Origin: Glaucostegus cemiculus
Lineage: Eukaryota
Length of the DNA: 64,000 bases
Assembly (NCBI GenBank): GCA_976551045.1
Contig: CDPCPM010000102.1
Coordinates: 2,790,001 to 2,854,000 of the forward strand
Direction of reading: 5' to 3'
A program made the translations under genes and the position numbers. The notes under the pieces are model-generated. The model was given only the letters and a program-made list of their open reading frames with translations, searched no databases and was not told where the DNA came from. Of this stretch, positions 62,945-64,000 are shown in pieces. The first letter of the stretch is position 1, and each line of letters opens with the position of its first letter.

Positions 62945-63247
62945 ATAAGATTTCTTTATTAGTCACATGTACATCAAAACACACAGTGAAATGCATCATT
63001 GCATAGAATATTCTGGGGGCAGCCAGCAAGTGTCGCCATGCTTCCAGCACCAACACAACTTCCTACATGCCTACAACTTCCTAACCCGTACATCTTTGGA
63101 ATGTGGGAGGAAACCAGAGCACCTGGAGGAAATCCACGCAGACACACAGGGAGAACATACAGCCTCCTTACAGGCAGCGGCCAGAATTGAAACGGGGTCA
63201 CTGGTGTTTTAAAGCGTTATGCTAACTGCTACACTACCATGCCTGCC
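62945..63247 (-). mobile_element. V-SINE with Rex1/Babar-like tail
   Basis: Same head, V-domain and tail (tttcactgtgtgttttgatgtacatgtgactaataaa on the minus strand). Confidence 0.85.
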
Positions 63248-63744
63248 GAAGTCTATAGAATGAGTGTTTTACAAACAGAGGAATTTTATTATTGAAAAAT
63301 TGAGATTTGACACAAATAGAAATCTCTCACCATGCTTTAGAACCTCCCAGACCAAATTTTGGAGATCTATGGCTGGCTGTGGTGCTTTGTTTGCCCAATG
63401 TACACCCCCTTCTGGTGGGACACATCTCACATACTCAAATCTAGGGTGTTCGGGTACACTCAATCTAAACAGAAGTATAGCTAAGTATGTGCAGAGGTCC
63501 TGCTTGTATTTAAATAAGGAAGCATATGCTGCTTACCAGAACTGTGGTCAGATTCCAGTATCTGGAAGATCGCAGTGAGCTATACGAATAAAGTGTTTTA
63601 GTATTAAAGAAATAGACAAAGACAAAGCATTTCTTTTCTCTGTCTTTGCCACCAGACAGGAAAACCAGTTCTAGCCTGTCCAACACAGGCAAGGTAATAA
63701 TACATAAATAGGGACCTGTTGATCATGGTATAATTCTTAAAGGA

Positions 63745-64000
63745 GCAGACACCCTCAAATATACAACACACCTACGTCATTCTACCTTCTCTCCCCTCAT
63801 ATCAGGCAGAAGATACAGGACCCTGAGGGCACACACCACCAGGCTCAAGGACAGCTTCTATCCCACTGTGAAAAGACTATTGAACGGTTCCCTTATACAA
63901 TGAGATAGACTCACAATCTACCTTGTTATGACTTTGCACCTTATTGTCTACCTGCACTGCACTTCCCTGTAGCTGTGACACTTTACTCTGTACTGTTACT
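63745..64000 (+). mobile_element. Rex1/Babar 3' fragment running off the window
   Basis: caggcagaagatacagg...caccaggctcaaggacagcttctatccc...ttgcaccttattgtctacctgcactgcacttc matches the reverse of 41770-41940 and 52290-52332. Confidence 0.8.

Overview
Eukaryotic, CpG-depleted, AT-rich vertebrate DNA. The repeat content (CR1 LINEs, V-SINEs, Penelope-like elements, Rex1/Babar, RTE) points to a cartilaginous fish (shark or ray; inference). One host gene can be assembled on the + strand: an 8-coding-exon RNF19-family RBR (RING1-IBR-RING2 plus two hydrophobic segments) E3 ubiquitin ligase, CDS 4249..34248, 1623 nt = 540 aa, all introns GT-AG with consistent phases. It is atypical: RING2 reads GSCNRMTC...CQFC instead of GSCNHMTC...CEFC, one internal exon appears to be absent, and the C-terminal tail is short. 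The rest is intronic or intergenic DNA full of retroelement and DNA-transposon remnants, often nested. The most striking non-coding signals are (i) Penelope-derived fold-back elements carrying decayed hammerhead-ribozyme motifs and (ii) one V-SINE head/core found with two different LINE-derived tails. Reference protein and repeat comparisons are from memory, not database searches, and repeat boundaries are approximate unless a TSD or TIR is given.
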